DNA of 64,000 bases. Source: Verrucomicrobiota bacterium. GTDB lineage: Bacteria; Verrucomicrobiota; Verrucomicrobiia; Limisphaerales; CANJXF01. Both the position numbers and the translations under genes were made by a program. Shown piece by piece: positions 8,669 through 18,275 of the stretch. Numbering within the stretch: the stretch's first letter is position 1; every line of letters starts with the position of its first letter. The notes under the pieces were generated by a model, which was not told the DNA's origin, made no database searches, and saw only the letters and a list, made by a program, of their open reading frames with translations. The stretch is taken from contig JAYVSV010000047.1 in assembly GCA_043775015.1 (NCBI GenBank), positions 67,876-131,875 on the forward strand, written 5' to 3'.

Positions 8669-10912
8669 TTAGTTTCGGGCTTGTTCAGTGGAGTTGATTT
8701 GTGCTGCTTTCTTCGGGGCTTCGACTGGAGCCACAGCTGGAGCGACAGTCGCCCCTGTGGCCTTGATGTCGGTTCCGAGCCGTTGTAGGTAGGCGATCAA
8801 GGCGATGATCTCCTTGTCAGATTCGGCTTTCACAGAACCTGTGGCCAGGTTCTGCACGACCTTCGCGGATTGAGCTTGAAGCTCCTTCCCGGCGATTTGT
8901 TCGTAACCGGCTGGATAGGGGACGCCAACTTTGCGCAAGGCACCGATGCGTGCGGGCAACGAACTCGTGTCGAGCTTTTGCGTCAGCAACCACGAGTAAC
9001 GCGGCATGATCGAACCGGGCGAAGTGGTGCGCGGATCGTCCATGTGGTTGTAGTGCCACGCGTCCGGATACTTGCCGCCGATCCGGTGCAGGTCTGGTCC
9101 GGTGCGCTTGGAACCCCAGAGGAAAGGATGGTCGTAAACGAATTCGCCAGACTTAGAGTAGTCGCCGTAGCGTTCGGTCTCTGAACGGAATGGGCGGATC
9201 ATCTGCGAGTGGCAGCCGACGCAACCTTCGCGGATATACAGGTCGCGTCCCAATACTTCCAATGGGGTATAGGGCTTCACGCTCGATATGGTCGGAACGT
9301 TTTCTTTGATCAGATACATCGGAACGATTTCAATTGCTCCACCGATGAGTACGGCGACGAGCGCGAGGCCGGTGAGCAGGAGCGGCTTGCCTTCGAGCGT
9401 GCGGTGGCCCCATGGATTTTTACTTTCGCCATGGGGTTTTTGAGCGCGGAGCGGTGCGGCTTGCGCTTCCGTCTCCGGTTGGAACACGCCGCTCTTGGCC
9501 GTTTTCCAGAGGTTAAACGCCATCAGGAAAGCGCCAATGATGTAGAGCGAACCACCGACGGCGCGCAGTTGATACATCGGAATCAGATTGAGAACGGTCT
9601 CAAGAAAGTTGGGGTATTGCAGGAAACCATCGGCGGTGAATTGTTTCCACATCAGACCCTGTGTGATGCCGCTCCAATACATCGGGATCACGTAAAACAC
9701 CATTCCCAGCAGCGCGATCCAGAAGTGGTAGTTCGCGAGCTTGATGGACCAGAGGTTGGTGTTGTAGAGGCGCGGAAAAAGCCAGTAGAGCATCGAGAAG
9801 GTGAAGAAACCGTTCCAGCCGAGTGCACCGGTGTGAACGTGCGCGATGGTCCAGTCCGTGTAATGCGAAAGTGAGTTGACGCTCTTGATCGCGAGCATCG
9901 GCCCTTCAAGCGTTGCCATGCCGTAAGCGGTCAACGCGACGACCATGAACTTAAGCATCGGATCTTGGCGAACCTTATCCCACGCGCCGCGCAAGGTGAG
10001 GAGGCCGTTCAACATGCCGCCCCACGACGGCGCGATGAGCATGATGGAGAAAACCATGCCGAGCGATTGCGCCCAGTCGGGCAATGCCGTGTAGAGCAGG
10101 TGATGCGGCCCGGCCCAGATGTAGATGAAGATCAAGGCCCAGAAGTGAATGATCGAGAGCCGATACGAGAACACCGGACGATTGGCCGCCTTGGGTAGAA
10201 AGTAATACATCAACCCGAGGTAAGGGGTGGTGAGGAAGAACGCGACGGCGTTATGCCCATACCACCATTGCACGAGCGCATCCTGCACTCCGGCGTAAAT
10301 CGAATAGCTTTTGAAAGCGGTCGCCGGAACTTCCATCGAGTTGATGATGTGCAACACCGCCACCGTCAGTGCCGTCGCAATATAAAACCAGATCGCAACG
10401 TAGAGATGTTTTTCGCGCCGCTTCAATATGGTGCCGATCAAATTGACCGTGAACACGACCCAGACGAGCGCGATGGCGATGTCGATGGGCCATTCGAGTT
10501 CCGCGTATTCCTTGCTCGTCGTCAAGCCGAGCGGCAGCGTGACTGCTGCCGCGACGATGATCGCGTTCCAACCCCAAAAATTGATCCAGCTCAACCTGTC
10601 ACAGAACATCCGCGCTTTGCACAGACGCTGGAGCGAATAATAAATTCCCATGAACATGCCGTTGCCGACGAAGGCGAAGATCACGGCGTTTGTGTGCAGT
10701 GGCCGCAGTCGTCCGAACGAGACGAACTGAAGGTTGAGGTTTGCTTCCGGCCAGAAGAGTTGCACGGCTGCCAGCAACCCGGCGCTCATTCCCACGAGGC
10801 CCCAGATGACGGTGGCAATCGCGAAGGCGCGAACGATTCGGTTGTCGTATCGAAATGTTTCTATGGTGGTTTGGGATCCTCCAGATTCTGGAGCAATGGT
10901 TTCTCTGTTCAT
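8669..10912 (-). CDS. ccoNO: cbb3-type cytochrome c oxidase, fused subunits I and II (CcoN-CcoO)
   Basis: A 12-TM heme-copper oxidase core (..HFWALIFIYIWAGPHHL.., ..IAHVHTGALGWNG..) is followed by a TM helix and the CcoO heme-c site CVGCHSQMIRP. Confidence 0.9.
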   Translation of the reverse strand: MNRETIAPESGGSQTTIETFRYDNRIVRAFAIATVIWGLVGMSAGLLAAVQLFWPEANLNLQFVSFGRLRPLHTNAVIFAFVGNGMFMGIYYSLQRLCKARMFCDRLSWINFWGWNAIIVAAAVTLPLGLTTSKEYAELEWPIDIAIALVWVVFTVNLIGTILKRREKHLYVAIWFYIATALTVAVLHIINSMEVPATAFKSYSIYAGVQDALVQWWYGHNAVAFFLTTPYLGLMYYFLPKAANRPVFSYRLSIIHFWALIFIYIWAGPHHLLYTALPDWAQSLGMVFSIMLIAPSWGGMLNGLLTLRGAWDKVRQDPMLKFMVVALTAYGMATLEGPMLAIKSVNSLSHYTDWTIAHVHTGALGWNGFFTFSMLYWLFPRLYNTNLWSIKLANYHFWIALLGMVFYVIPMYWSGITQGLMWKQFTADGFLQYPNFLETVLNLIPMYQLRAVGGSLYIIGAFLMAFNLWKTAKSGVFQPETEAQAAPLRAQKPHGESKNPWGHRTLEGKPLLLTGLALVAVLIGGAIEIVPMYLIKENVPTISSVKPYTPLEVLGRDLYIREGCVGCHSQMIRPFRSETERYGDYSKSGEFVYDHPFLWGSKRTGPDLHRIGGKYPDAWHYNHMDDPRTTSPGSIMPRYSWLLTQKLDTSSLPARIGALRKVGVPYPAGYEQIAGKELQAQSAKVVQNLATGSVKAESDKEIIALIAYLQRLGTDIKATGATVAPAVAPVEAPKKAAQINSTEQARN

Positions 10913-11100
10913 TGTTTATTTATGTTGGTTGATGAAATAATTTTTCGGTCGGAGCGCGGTTTTTCATCTTCAGTCAGCAGCCGCATGGATGGCGTGCAGG
11001 TGTCCTCGTATTGGCCGCTGCGAACGGCCCAGATGAAGCCAGCCAGAAAACAGGCGGCGAGGGCGATGCTCAACGGGATTAAAAGAAAAATGATGCTCAC
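10909..11100 (-). CDS. ccoS: cbb3 oxidase maturation protein CcoS (63 aa, GTG start)
   Basis: (M)SIIFLLIPLSIALAACFLAGFIWAVRSGQYEDTCTPSMRLL matches the CcoS pattern. It is hidden inside the over-extended ORF 10909..11277. Its GTG at 11100 overlaps the ccoI stop (GTGA), and its stop overlaps the ccoNO ATG (ATGA). Confidence 0.75.
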   Translation of the reverse strand: MSIIFLLIPLSIALAACFLAGFIWAVRSGQYEDTCTPSMRLLTEDEKPRSDRKIISSTNINKQ

Positions 11101-13664
11101 GCAGCCACCTCTAAATTCGTGGACGGCGCAGTTGAACGGCTTGACGCGCTTCGGTCGTTGTGAATTCCTCGACGTTGATTTTCTGATTTGCTGAAAGTGC
11201 GTTTTCCAATCCACGTCGTTGCTCCACAGGCGAAGGCGACCACCGTCGCAGAACTCAGCGGCATCAGAATCGCGCACACTACTGGCGAGAGAAGCCCGCG
11301 CGCGGCAATACTGATGCCCACCAGGTTGTAGATCGTAGAAATCAAAAAGCTGAGGCGAACGATCGTGACCGCGCGCTTCGAGAAGCGGAGTATCTCGTGC
11401 AATTGCGGGACTAGCGTGGCATCCATGATGATGTCGCTCGCCGGTGAAAACGCGCCGATGTTTTCGACCACGGCCACACCGACATCGCTCTGTTGCAATG
11501 CGCCGGAATCGTTCAAGCCATCACCCACCATCATCACGGTTTTTCCGCAACGCTGGCGCGCGTGGATGAATTCTAATTTGTGCAACGGCGATTGATTGAA
11601 TTGCGTGCGGTTGCCGAACATCGCGGCAAAAGTGTCGCGTTGCTTCTCGTTGTCGCCGCTGAGCAGTGCGAGTTCGTAACGGGCGGACAGCGTGCGAACG
11701 AGCGGTTCCACATTCGTTCGCACCGCACTTGCCACCGCAAACGCCCCGCGATAACGCTTATCGATCGCGACGTGAACCAAACTTCCGTGCAACTCCTGTG
11801 GATAACTGGGAGTGGTTTGAATTGGAACGCCGCGCAATTCGAGCCAGGCTGCGGAGCCTAGCAAAACTTCGTTTTCTTCGACGATTCCTTCGATTCCACG
11901 CCCCGCTCCCTCCACAAAGGAGCGCACGGGCGTGATGGAGTTTTGCGCGAGCGATTCAGCCAAACGCACCGACAATGGATGCGTGGATTGTTTGGCGATG
12001 GAGTGAATCCAGATTTGCTCGGCTTCAGAAAGCGGTTCGCCATCGAAGCGAATCGACTGCGCGCCGACTGCGGTCAACGTTCCAGTCTTGTCGAAAACCA
12101 CGGAGTCCACCCGCGCGAGGTCCTCGATGACATTGGCACTTTTCAAAAAAATATTTCTGCGCGCCAAAACGCGTTGTGCGGTTCCGAGCGTGAATGGCGC
12201 GGCCAAGGCCAGCGCGCAGGGACAGGCCACGATCAATACGGATGTAAATGCTTTTAACGAAATAGCTGGATTCTTGAACCACCAGAAAATTGCCGCGCCA
12301 ATCGCGACTGCGATAATGATCTTCGTGAAACGCTGGCTGTAATTATTGGTCAGTGTCTTGAGCGAATCTCCTTTGCCTTTGCGAAACGCTTCCTGATTCC
12401 AGAGCGAAGTCAGGTAACTTTGCGAAAGCGCTTTGACGATTTCGAGTTCGATGGTTCCGCCAACTTGCCGTCCGCCCGCGTAGAGATAATCGCCCGGAGT
12501 TTTTGTCGCAGGTTCAGATTCGCCCGTGACGAAGCTGTAATCGATTACGGCGTCGCCGCCGACGAGTCGTGCGTCGGCTGGGATCAATTCGCCGTTGCGG
12601 ATGAGTAAAAGATCTCCCACGGACAATTGAGCTAACGCGACACGCTCCTCGGTTTCATCGAAGGGATTTCGTCGCGTGACCGAGAGCGGGAAAAACGATT
12701 TGTAGTCGCGATCAAACGCCAGTTGATCGTAAGTCTTCTGTTGGAAAAGTTTTCCGCAGAGCAGGAAGAACAACAAACCGCAGAGCGAATCGAAATAGCC
12801 TTCGCCGCGACCGGACAGAACTTCGTAAACGCTTTGCGCAAACAAAGCGACAATGCCTGCGGCAATCGGCACATCGATATTCAGCATTTTGCCGCGCAAA
12901 CTAGTCCAGGCTGAACGCCAATAATCAGACGCGCTGTAAAAAAAAACCGGCGTCGCCAGCAACAAACTCAGGTAACCAAAAAGCTTTTTAAAAGCGGGAC
13001 CGCTAAAACTGTCCAAACCAAGATAGGACGAAATGCTGAACAGCATGATGTTCCCGAAGGCGAAGCCAGCGATTCCGATTTGCAACCATAACCGTCGCGA
13101 AGCCGGGCTTTTCTTCCGCGCATCGAGATTGGCGAGTTTTAGATCTGGCTCATATCCGAGCGACGTTAACAGTTCGACGACGCGACTGAGCTTTACCTTG
13201 GAATTCTCAAACGTCAGAGCGATTTCTTTGCGCAGAAAATTGACCTGCGATTCACCAATCCCTGGTTGCAACCGGAAAAGATTTTCGAGCAGCCAGACGC
13301 ACGCGATGCAGTGAATCGAAGGGATGCGAAACGTGACACGCGTGATCCGTTCATCGGTGAAATCGACGAGGAGTTGTCGCACGACCGGTTCGTCGAGATA
13401 GCCGAAGGTGTCTGTTTGATTGGCGGGCTTGATGCGGACGCCGACAGAATCGCTGAGTGCGTAGAAATTTTCCAAGCCGTTTTCCGTCAGCAATTCAAAA
13501 ACCGTGAGGCAACCCCCACAGCAAAACGTTTTCTCCTGTTTGGTGAAGAGAGAATCACGACAGTGCGTGCCGCAGTGGAAGCAGGTAATTTCCTGCGCGT
13601 GGCGCGACCGAGGCAACGCGGCTGTTGCTGAGGCCTCAATTTCATTGATTGAATTTACGAACAT
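11097..13664 (-). CDS. ccoI: Heavy-metal (copper) translocating P-type ATPase CcoI/FixI
   Basis: N-terminal CFHCGTHC...FCCGGC, an HMA-like domain with CIACV, then CPCALALAAP, DKTGTLT and GDGLNDSGAL. Confidence 0.9.
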   Translation of the reverse strand: MFVNSINEIEASATAALPRSRHAQEITCFHCGTHCRDSLFTKQEKTFCCGGCLTVFELLTENGLENFYALSDSVGVRIKPANQTDTFGYLDEPVVRQLLVDFTDERITRVTFRIPSIHCIACVWLLENLFRLQPGIGESQVNFLRKEIALTFENSKVKLSRVVELLTSLGYEPDLKLANLDARKKSPASRRLWLQIGIAGFAFGNIMLFSISSYLGLDSFSGPAFKKLFGYLSLLLATPVFFYSASDYWRSAWTSLRGKMLNIDVPIAAGIVALFAQSVYEVLSGRGEGYFDSLCGLLFFLLCGKLFQQKTYDQLAFDRDYKSFFPLSVTRRNPFDETEERVALAQLSVGDLLLIRNGELIPADARLVGGDAVIDYSFVTGESEPATKTPGDYLYAGGRQVGGTIELEIVKALSQSYLTSLWNQEAFRKGKGDSLKTLTNNYSQRFTKIIIAVAIGAAIFWWFKNPAISLKAFTSVLIVACPCALALAAPFTLGTAQRVLARRNIFLKSANVIEDLARVDSVVFDKTGTLTAVGAQSIRFDGEPLSEAEQIWIHSIAKQSTHPLSVRLAESLAQNSITPVRSFVEGAGRGIEGIVEENEVLLGSAAWLELRGVPIQTTPSYPQELHGSLVHVAIDKRYRGAFAVASAVRTNVEPLVRTLSARYELALLSGDNEKQRDTFAAMFGNRTQFNQSPLHKLEFIHARQRCGKTVMMVGDGLNDSGALQQSDVGVAVVENIGAFSPASDIIMDATLVPQLHEILRFSKRAVTIVRLSFLISTIYNLVGISIAARGLLSPVVCAILMPLSSATVVAFACGATTWIGKRTFSKSENQRRGIHNDRSASSRSTAPSTNLEVAA

Positions 13665-13872
13665 CAGTTCGCGACAAATGTGGGGAGCTGAGTTCGGTGC
13701 GGCTCACCCTATTTTGCTTAAATGCGTTCAAGAATTGCTAAAGCACCTTTGGAATTAGCGCTTCTTCAAATTATGTTTCGGCAAATGGCCTTGAGAAAAT
13801 TGGCGGAGATGAATTTAGCTGCGGTTCAAATATTTTAAATTTTCTGACACTCGCCAACGTCGATCACTGCTG

Positions 13873-14544
13873 ATGACAATGAATCGCACTTTCAACCCGG
13901 TTCGCAGAACGACTGCGTTCACGTTGATTGAGTTGCTGGTGGTCATTGCCATCATTGCGATTCTTGCGGGACTCTTGTTGCCGGCCCTTGCCAAAGCCAG
14001 GGAGAAGGCAGTCACGATGAAATGCCTCAACAATCTCAAACAGCTTGGGCTGGCGATGCAGATGTATGGCGATGATCACGATGATTTCCTGCCGCTCGCG
14101 ACGGCAAGTGTCACCTGGAGCAATACCAATCCCGTTCCCTGGACCCAACCGTTGTTGAGCTATTATCAGACGACGAATATTCTGCGTTGCCCCTCGCTTT
14201 CCCTCGTGTATCAGAAATCTGCGTTTAACTACTTTATGAGTTCGCGCGCGGCTTTTGTGAATGCCGGTTTTCAGCACGCGAGAACAAACCTGCGGCGCAT
14301 TCGTTATCCGGCATCGTTCATCTTGTCGGGAGATGCGAATTTCCCTTTTGAAAAAGATGATGCGGATCCTGACAACTATTCGCATGAAACGCTCTTCGCT
14401 CTTCCATCTCCGGCGCACAATGGGCGCGTCAATGTTCTCTTTGGCGATTTGCACGTAAAAACCGCCAGCCGTTTTGCGTCTAACGAGATGACTTTTTCCT
14501 ACCGCAATCCGGGAATCGGCTTCGATGATCTGGCGGGCTACTGA
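13873..14544 (+). CDS. Prepilin-type N-terminal cleavage/methylation domain protein (DUF1559 / H-x9-DG type)
   Basis: [32 protein letters not shown] at the N-terminus, and [14 protein letters not shown] near the C-terminus. Confidence 0.85.
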   Translation: MTMNRTFNPVRRTTAFTLIELLVVIAIIAILAGLLLPALAKAREKAVTMKCLNNLKQLGLAMQMYGDDHDDFLPLATASVTWSNTNPVPWTQPLLSYYQTTNILRCPSLSLVYQKSAFNYFMSSRAAFVNAGFQHARTNLRRIRYPASFILSGDANFPFEKDDADPDNYSHETLFALPSPAHNGRVNVLFGDLHVKTASRFASNEMTFSYRNPGIGFDDLAGY

Positions 14545-14638
14545 GGCCACGCGGCGTTGGCTTTCCTTGGTTTAAAAGAGCAAGGTTCACTGCGAAACTC
14601 ATTGCGGCCCGTCGCTGAATCTTTTTCAATCTGGTGAA

Positions 14639-15931
14639 ATGAATCCCGCGCTGCGTCTGATTTTCATCACGATGTTTTTGGTCACCCTTGCTCAGGGGAA
14701 TGAGTCGGCGCAGGAGGAGCGTGTTGCCAAAATTTCTGTCGCCGCTGAAGCATTGCGCGGCCGCCTGATCGAGCAGCGCCGTGATTTTCACATGCACCCG
14801 GAATTACCCAATCGCGAGGAGCGAACCGCCCGGGTGATTGCCGCGCGTTTGCGCGAATTGGGTTTGGACGAGATTCGCACCAACGTCGCCCATCATGGAA
14901 TTGTCGCTTTGCTCAAAGGCGGCAAGCCGGGTGGAGTGGTTGCGGTGCGCGCTGATTTTGATGCGTTGCCGATCAATGAAACGATGGACGTGCCTTACAA
15001 ATCGCAAAACCCCGGGGTGAAACATGCGTGCGGTCACGACGTTCACGCCGCCGTGCAACTGGGTGTGGCGGAAATTCTCTGCAAGATGCGCGATCAAATT
15101 CCTGGCGCGATTAAATTTATTTTCCAACCGGCGGAGGAAGGTTCGCCCGCTGGCGAAGAAGGCGGCGCGACGATGATGATCAAGGAAGGCGCGCTGGAAA
15201 ATCCGAAGCCGCTCGCGATTTTTGGTCTGCACACTTCGACGGAAGTTGAGGTCGGAAAAATTGGGGTGCGCGCTGGCCCGGCCCAGGCTTCGTCCGAGAT
15301 GTTCGACCTCACGATCAAAGGGAAAATGGCGCACGCCGCCATGCCACAAAAAGGGATCGATACGATCCTGGTGGCGGCCGAATGCGTCACGGCGTTGCAG
15401 TCGATTAAAAGTCGGCGCATCGATTCGTTCGAGCCGATGATTTTGACGATTGGAACCATTCACGGCGGAACGAAACGCAACATCATCACGCCGGAAGTGA
15501 AGATGGAAGGCACCGTGCGCACGTTGAGCGAAGAGGTTCGCTCTCGCGTAAAAGAGTTGATGAAACAAACGCTCGACGGTGTCACCGCAGCCTACGGAGC
15601 CACCTACGAACTGCAAATGATCGAGGGAACCGTCGTTGTGGTGAACGATCCAAAATTGGTCGAGGAGACTTTGCCTTCGATGCGCCGCTCAGTTGGTGAA
15701 ACCAATGTCATCAACGTTCCACAACGCATGGGTGCAGAGGATTTTTCGTATTACCAGAAAGTTGTTCCGGGATTTTTTTATCGGCTTGGCTCAGGCAATC
15801 CAGCCAAAGGCATCACTGCCGATGCGCATACGCCGGAGTTTGATGTAGATGAAGAATGTCTGGTGGTCGGCACGAAAGTCATGGCGAATGTGCTGGTGGA
15901 TTTTTTGGAGCGGAATGCGGGGAAGAAATAG
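14639..15931 (+). CDS. M20D-family amidohydrolase (N-acyl-amino acid / hippurate hydrolase-like), secreted
   Basis: A signal peptide, then HMHPELPNREERTA...VAVRADFDALPI...HACGHD...FQPAEEG... Confidence 0.8.
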   Translation: MNPALRLIFITMFLVTLAQGNESAQEERVAKISVAAEALRGRLIEQRRDFHMHPELPNREERTARVIAARLRELGLDEIRTNVAHHGIVALLKGGKPGGVVAVRADFDALPINETMDVPYKSQNPGVKHACGHDVHAAVQLGVAEILCKMRDQIPGAIKFIFQPAEEGSPAGEEGGATMMIKEGALENPKPLAIFGLHTSTEVEVGKIGVRAGPAQASSEMFDLTIKGKMAHAAMPQKGIDTILVAAECVTALQSIKSRRIDSFEPMILTIGTIHGGTKRNIITPEVKMEGTVRTLSEEVRSRVKELMKQTLDGVTAAYGATYELQMIEGTVVVVNDPKLVEETLPSMRRSVGETNVINVPQRMGAEDFSYYQKVVPGFFYRLGSGNPAKGITADAHTPEFDVDEECLVVGTKVMANVLVDFLERNAGKK

Positions 15932-15940
15932 TTTTAGACA

Positions 15941-16008
15941 CGGAGCGCCGGTTTGCAACCGGCTTTGGGCATCAAGCGAGCAAAAGCCGGTTGCAAACCG
16001 GCGCTCCG
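15941..16008. repeat. Palindromic REP-like hairpin between convergent genes (possible bidirectional terminator)
   Basis: cggagcgccggtttgcaaccggctttg and caaaagccggttgcaaaccggcgctccg form a stem of about 27 bp. Confidence 0.8.
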
Positions 16009-16039
16009 TTCTTGGGCAGTGTGAAATGTCCGGATTAGA

Positions 16040-16321
16040 TTATGCTTTGGCCTGGCGAATTTTCTCTTTCTTTTCTTCCAATTCTGCGCTGAGTGATTTG
16101 CGGTCGCTCACGAGTTGTTTTTCTATTTTTTCAAATTCCTCGTAATCCCCTTTCTCCCTCGCTTTGGCCAACTCGCCTTTGACGAAGATTTCCCGCTCGG
16201 CAATTTTCGCGGAATATTTCGCGTCGAGATCGGCGAGTTGTTTTTTTTGTTTGTCGGTGACTTTTGCGGCTGGCGCAGTTTTGTTCAAACGCTCCATCGC
16301 AAGTTCATAGGCGGATTTCAT
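16040..16321 (-). CDS. Hypothetical small charged coiled-coil protein (93 aa)
   Basis: A clean ORF, K/E-rich and helical in character, with no recognised family. Confidence 0.5.
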   Translation of the reverse strand: MKSAYELAMERLNKTAPAAKVTDKQKKQLADLDAKYSAKIAEREIFVKGELAKAREKGDYEEFEKIEKQLVSDRKSLSAELEEKKEKIRQAKA

Positions 16322-16342
16322 ATTTTTAATTTCAAATTCAAA

Positions 16343-16711
16343 TCAAGGCTTTGTCTGTTTTACCTGAATGCTGCCGTCACCCATTGTCAGTAATTCCTGA
16401 CCATCCGGGAAACGGGCGCGCAGCAGGACGACTCGATGATCGTTGGGGTTCGCGGTCAAGGCAACCGTGACGTCGGATCCAACAAAGCCAGCTACGTCAG
16501 ATGACTGCAAGAATCCGCGCGCGATCAACTCTTTCAAATTGACCGAGTCCGGAATGGCAACGCCCTGTCGTTTTAAATCACGGGTGTAATTCTGAGCGGC
16601 GGCGAAAATTTTCGGTGCATCCACTTGGGCACCCGGGGATTTGACGTAAATGATGAGAATCGTTGCCACGACGGCGATCAGCAGGGCGACGACGATTATT
16701 TTTTGTTTCAT
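16343..16711 (-). CDS. Hypothetical membrane-anchored protein (122 aa)
   Basis: An N-terminal TM helix (IIVVALLIAVVATILIIYV). The gene is tightly spaced with its neighbours on the same strand. Confidence 0.5.
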   Translation of the reverse strand: MKQKIIVVALLIAVVATILIIYVKSPGAQVDAPKIFAAAQNYTRDLKRQGVAIPDSVNLKELIARGFLQSSDVAGFVGSDVTVALTANPNDHRVVLLRARFPDGQELLTMGDGSIQVKQTKP

Positions 16712-16744
16712 CTCAAAACTGGACCGACGATTTACAAACTTTCC

Positions 16745-17200
16745 TCAATGCTTTGTTCCGGCATCATCCGGCTTCTTCTTCCACGGCATATCGGGAAATT
16801 TTTCCGGCACTTTCATTGGTGGCGGTTTGGGTTTGGCCATTTCCAATTCCGGCTCGGCAGTTCCCGGCGTGGGCGGGGCCATGTTTTCTTTCCAGGACGC
16901 GATGCGCGCTTGCAGTCCGTGATGTTCTGCCGTGGTTTTGTCGCCAATTTTCATGTAGGCGCGACTCAGATTGGTGTGAACGAGTTGTTCGTTTGGTTTT
17001 AGCTTTTGCGCTGTGTGACCTTCAACAATCGCGGCCTGATAATCGCCTTTGGCAAAATAAGCTTGGCCAAGCGCTAGTTGCGCGTCGAAATAACTCGGGT
17101 CTTCGGCGAGAATTACTTTTAATTTTTCAATCGCGGAATCGGCATCGCCCATCGTGAAGTCCATGATGGCGTCGTCGCATTGTTCCTGAAGTGTCGGCAT
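16745..17200 (-). CDS. TPR-repeat protein
   Basis: AQLALGQAYFAKGDYQAAIVEGHTAQKLKPN...NLSRAYMKIGD are TPR motifs. The ATG at 17200 (MPTLQEQ) is preferred over the extended ORF. Confidence 0.6.
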   Translation of the reverse strand: MPTLQEQCDDAIMDFTMGDADSAIEKLKVILAEDPSYFDAQLALGQAYFAKGDYQAAIVEGHTAQKLKPNEQLVHTNLSRAYMKIGDKTTAEHHGLQARIASWKENMAPPTPGTAEPELEMAKPKPPPMKVPEKFPDMPWKKKPDDAGTKH

Positions 17201-17388
17201 AAATATTTTGACCAATCTAGCGAGGTGCGAGGCGATGAGCAACAAGTCAGAAGCAGAGGGGTTTCGCGCGAAGCGGACGAACGTAGCGAAGTGAAACGAA
17301 GGGGAATTTCTTTGCGGCCTTCGCTTACTTTGCAGCCGTCGCGCGAAATTCTTTTCCAATTTTTGGATAGTCAGTAACGTATGGTTTT

Positions 17389-18174
17389 ATGTCTTTGCCG
17401 ATAAAATTACTTTCAACCGATTTCGATGGAACATTGTTTGCTGAATTTGAGAATCCGCCGGTGCCGGTTAAATTGCAGGAAATCATCGGAAAACTTCAGG
17501 CGCAGGGCGCCATCTGGGTGATCAATACTGGCCGCGACTTATCGAGTTTGATGGAAGCAATTGGGCGCGCGCATTTGTCGGTGAAGCCGGATTTTTTGGT
17601 GCTGGTTGAGCGTGAAATTTATTCTCACCAAGACTCGCAATATGTTGAACTGGCCGATTGGAATCGCGATTGCCATCACGCGCACACTGAACTTTTTTTG
17701 CGCGTCCGGGAGGATGTTCCGCGTTTGATGGCATGGGTGAATGAACGATTTGCGGCCACGGTTTATGAAGATCCCTATTCGCCTTTTTGTCTGATTGCCG
17801 AGAAGAACGAACACGCGGATGTCATTCACGATTTCTTAAATGACTATTCTAAAACCGTTCCCGGACTCACGGTGGTGCGAAACGATGTTTACGCGCGGTT
17901 CAGCCACATCAATTACAACAAAGGAACGGCCCTCAACGAATTGGCGCGGCGACTCAAAATTTCTCCAGAACACACGCTCGCGGCAGGCGATCATCTCAAC
18001 GATCTGCCGATGCTCCTGACCAAGTACGCGCGGTATCTGGTTGCTCCGCGCAATGCCGTTGAGACGGTGAAGACGACGGTTCGCGAGCAGAATGGTTACG
18101 TGAGCCACCTCTCGCACGGGCACGGAATCGCGGATGGAATCGAGTTTCATTTGAATGGTTCTGCAAAAATCTGA
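17389..18174 (+). CDS. HAD-IIB (Cof-type) family hydrolase/phosphatase
   Basis: LLSTDFDGTLF is the DxDGT motif. VINTGRD, KG.AL and GDHLNDLPML are motifs II-IV. Confidence 0.75.
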   Translation: MSLPIKLLSTDFDGTLFAEFENPPVPVKLQEIIGKLQAQGAIWVINTGRDLSSLMEAIGRAHLSVKPDFLVLVEREIYSHQDSQYVELADWNRDCHHAHTELFLRVREDVPRLMAWVNERFAATVYEDPYSPFCLIAEKNEHADVIHDFLNDYSKTVPGLTVVRNDVYARFSHINYNKGTALNELARRLKISPEHTLAAGDHLNDLPMLLTKYARYLVAPRNAVETVKTTVREQNGYVSHLSHGHGIADGIEFHLNGSAKI

Positions 18175-18275
18175 ATCGTTCGCCGGGCGATTTGCGTCTA
18201 TAGCTGGGATCAAAATCGTCCGTTGAGCCTTTTGCGCAACAGCGGAACTGGTTTTCACGTTCGTAAATAAATTGT

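Noticed and set aside
10253-11194. 313-aa plus-strand ORF across the ccoNO 5' end and ccoS
   Set aside because: It is antisense to heme-copper oxidase subunit I and has no membrane-protein character or motif.
13665-13872. An FNR/CRP-type box (TTGAT-N4-ATCAA) upstream of the cco cluster
   Set aside because: I found no convincing match by eye in the ccoI upstream region. The nearest candidates deviate at several core positions.
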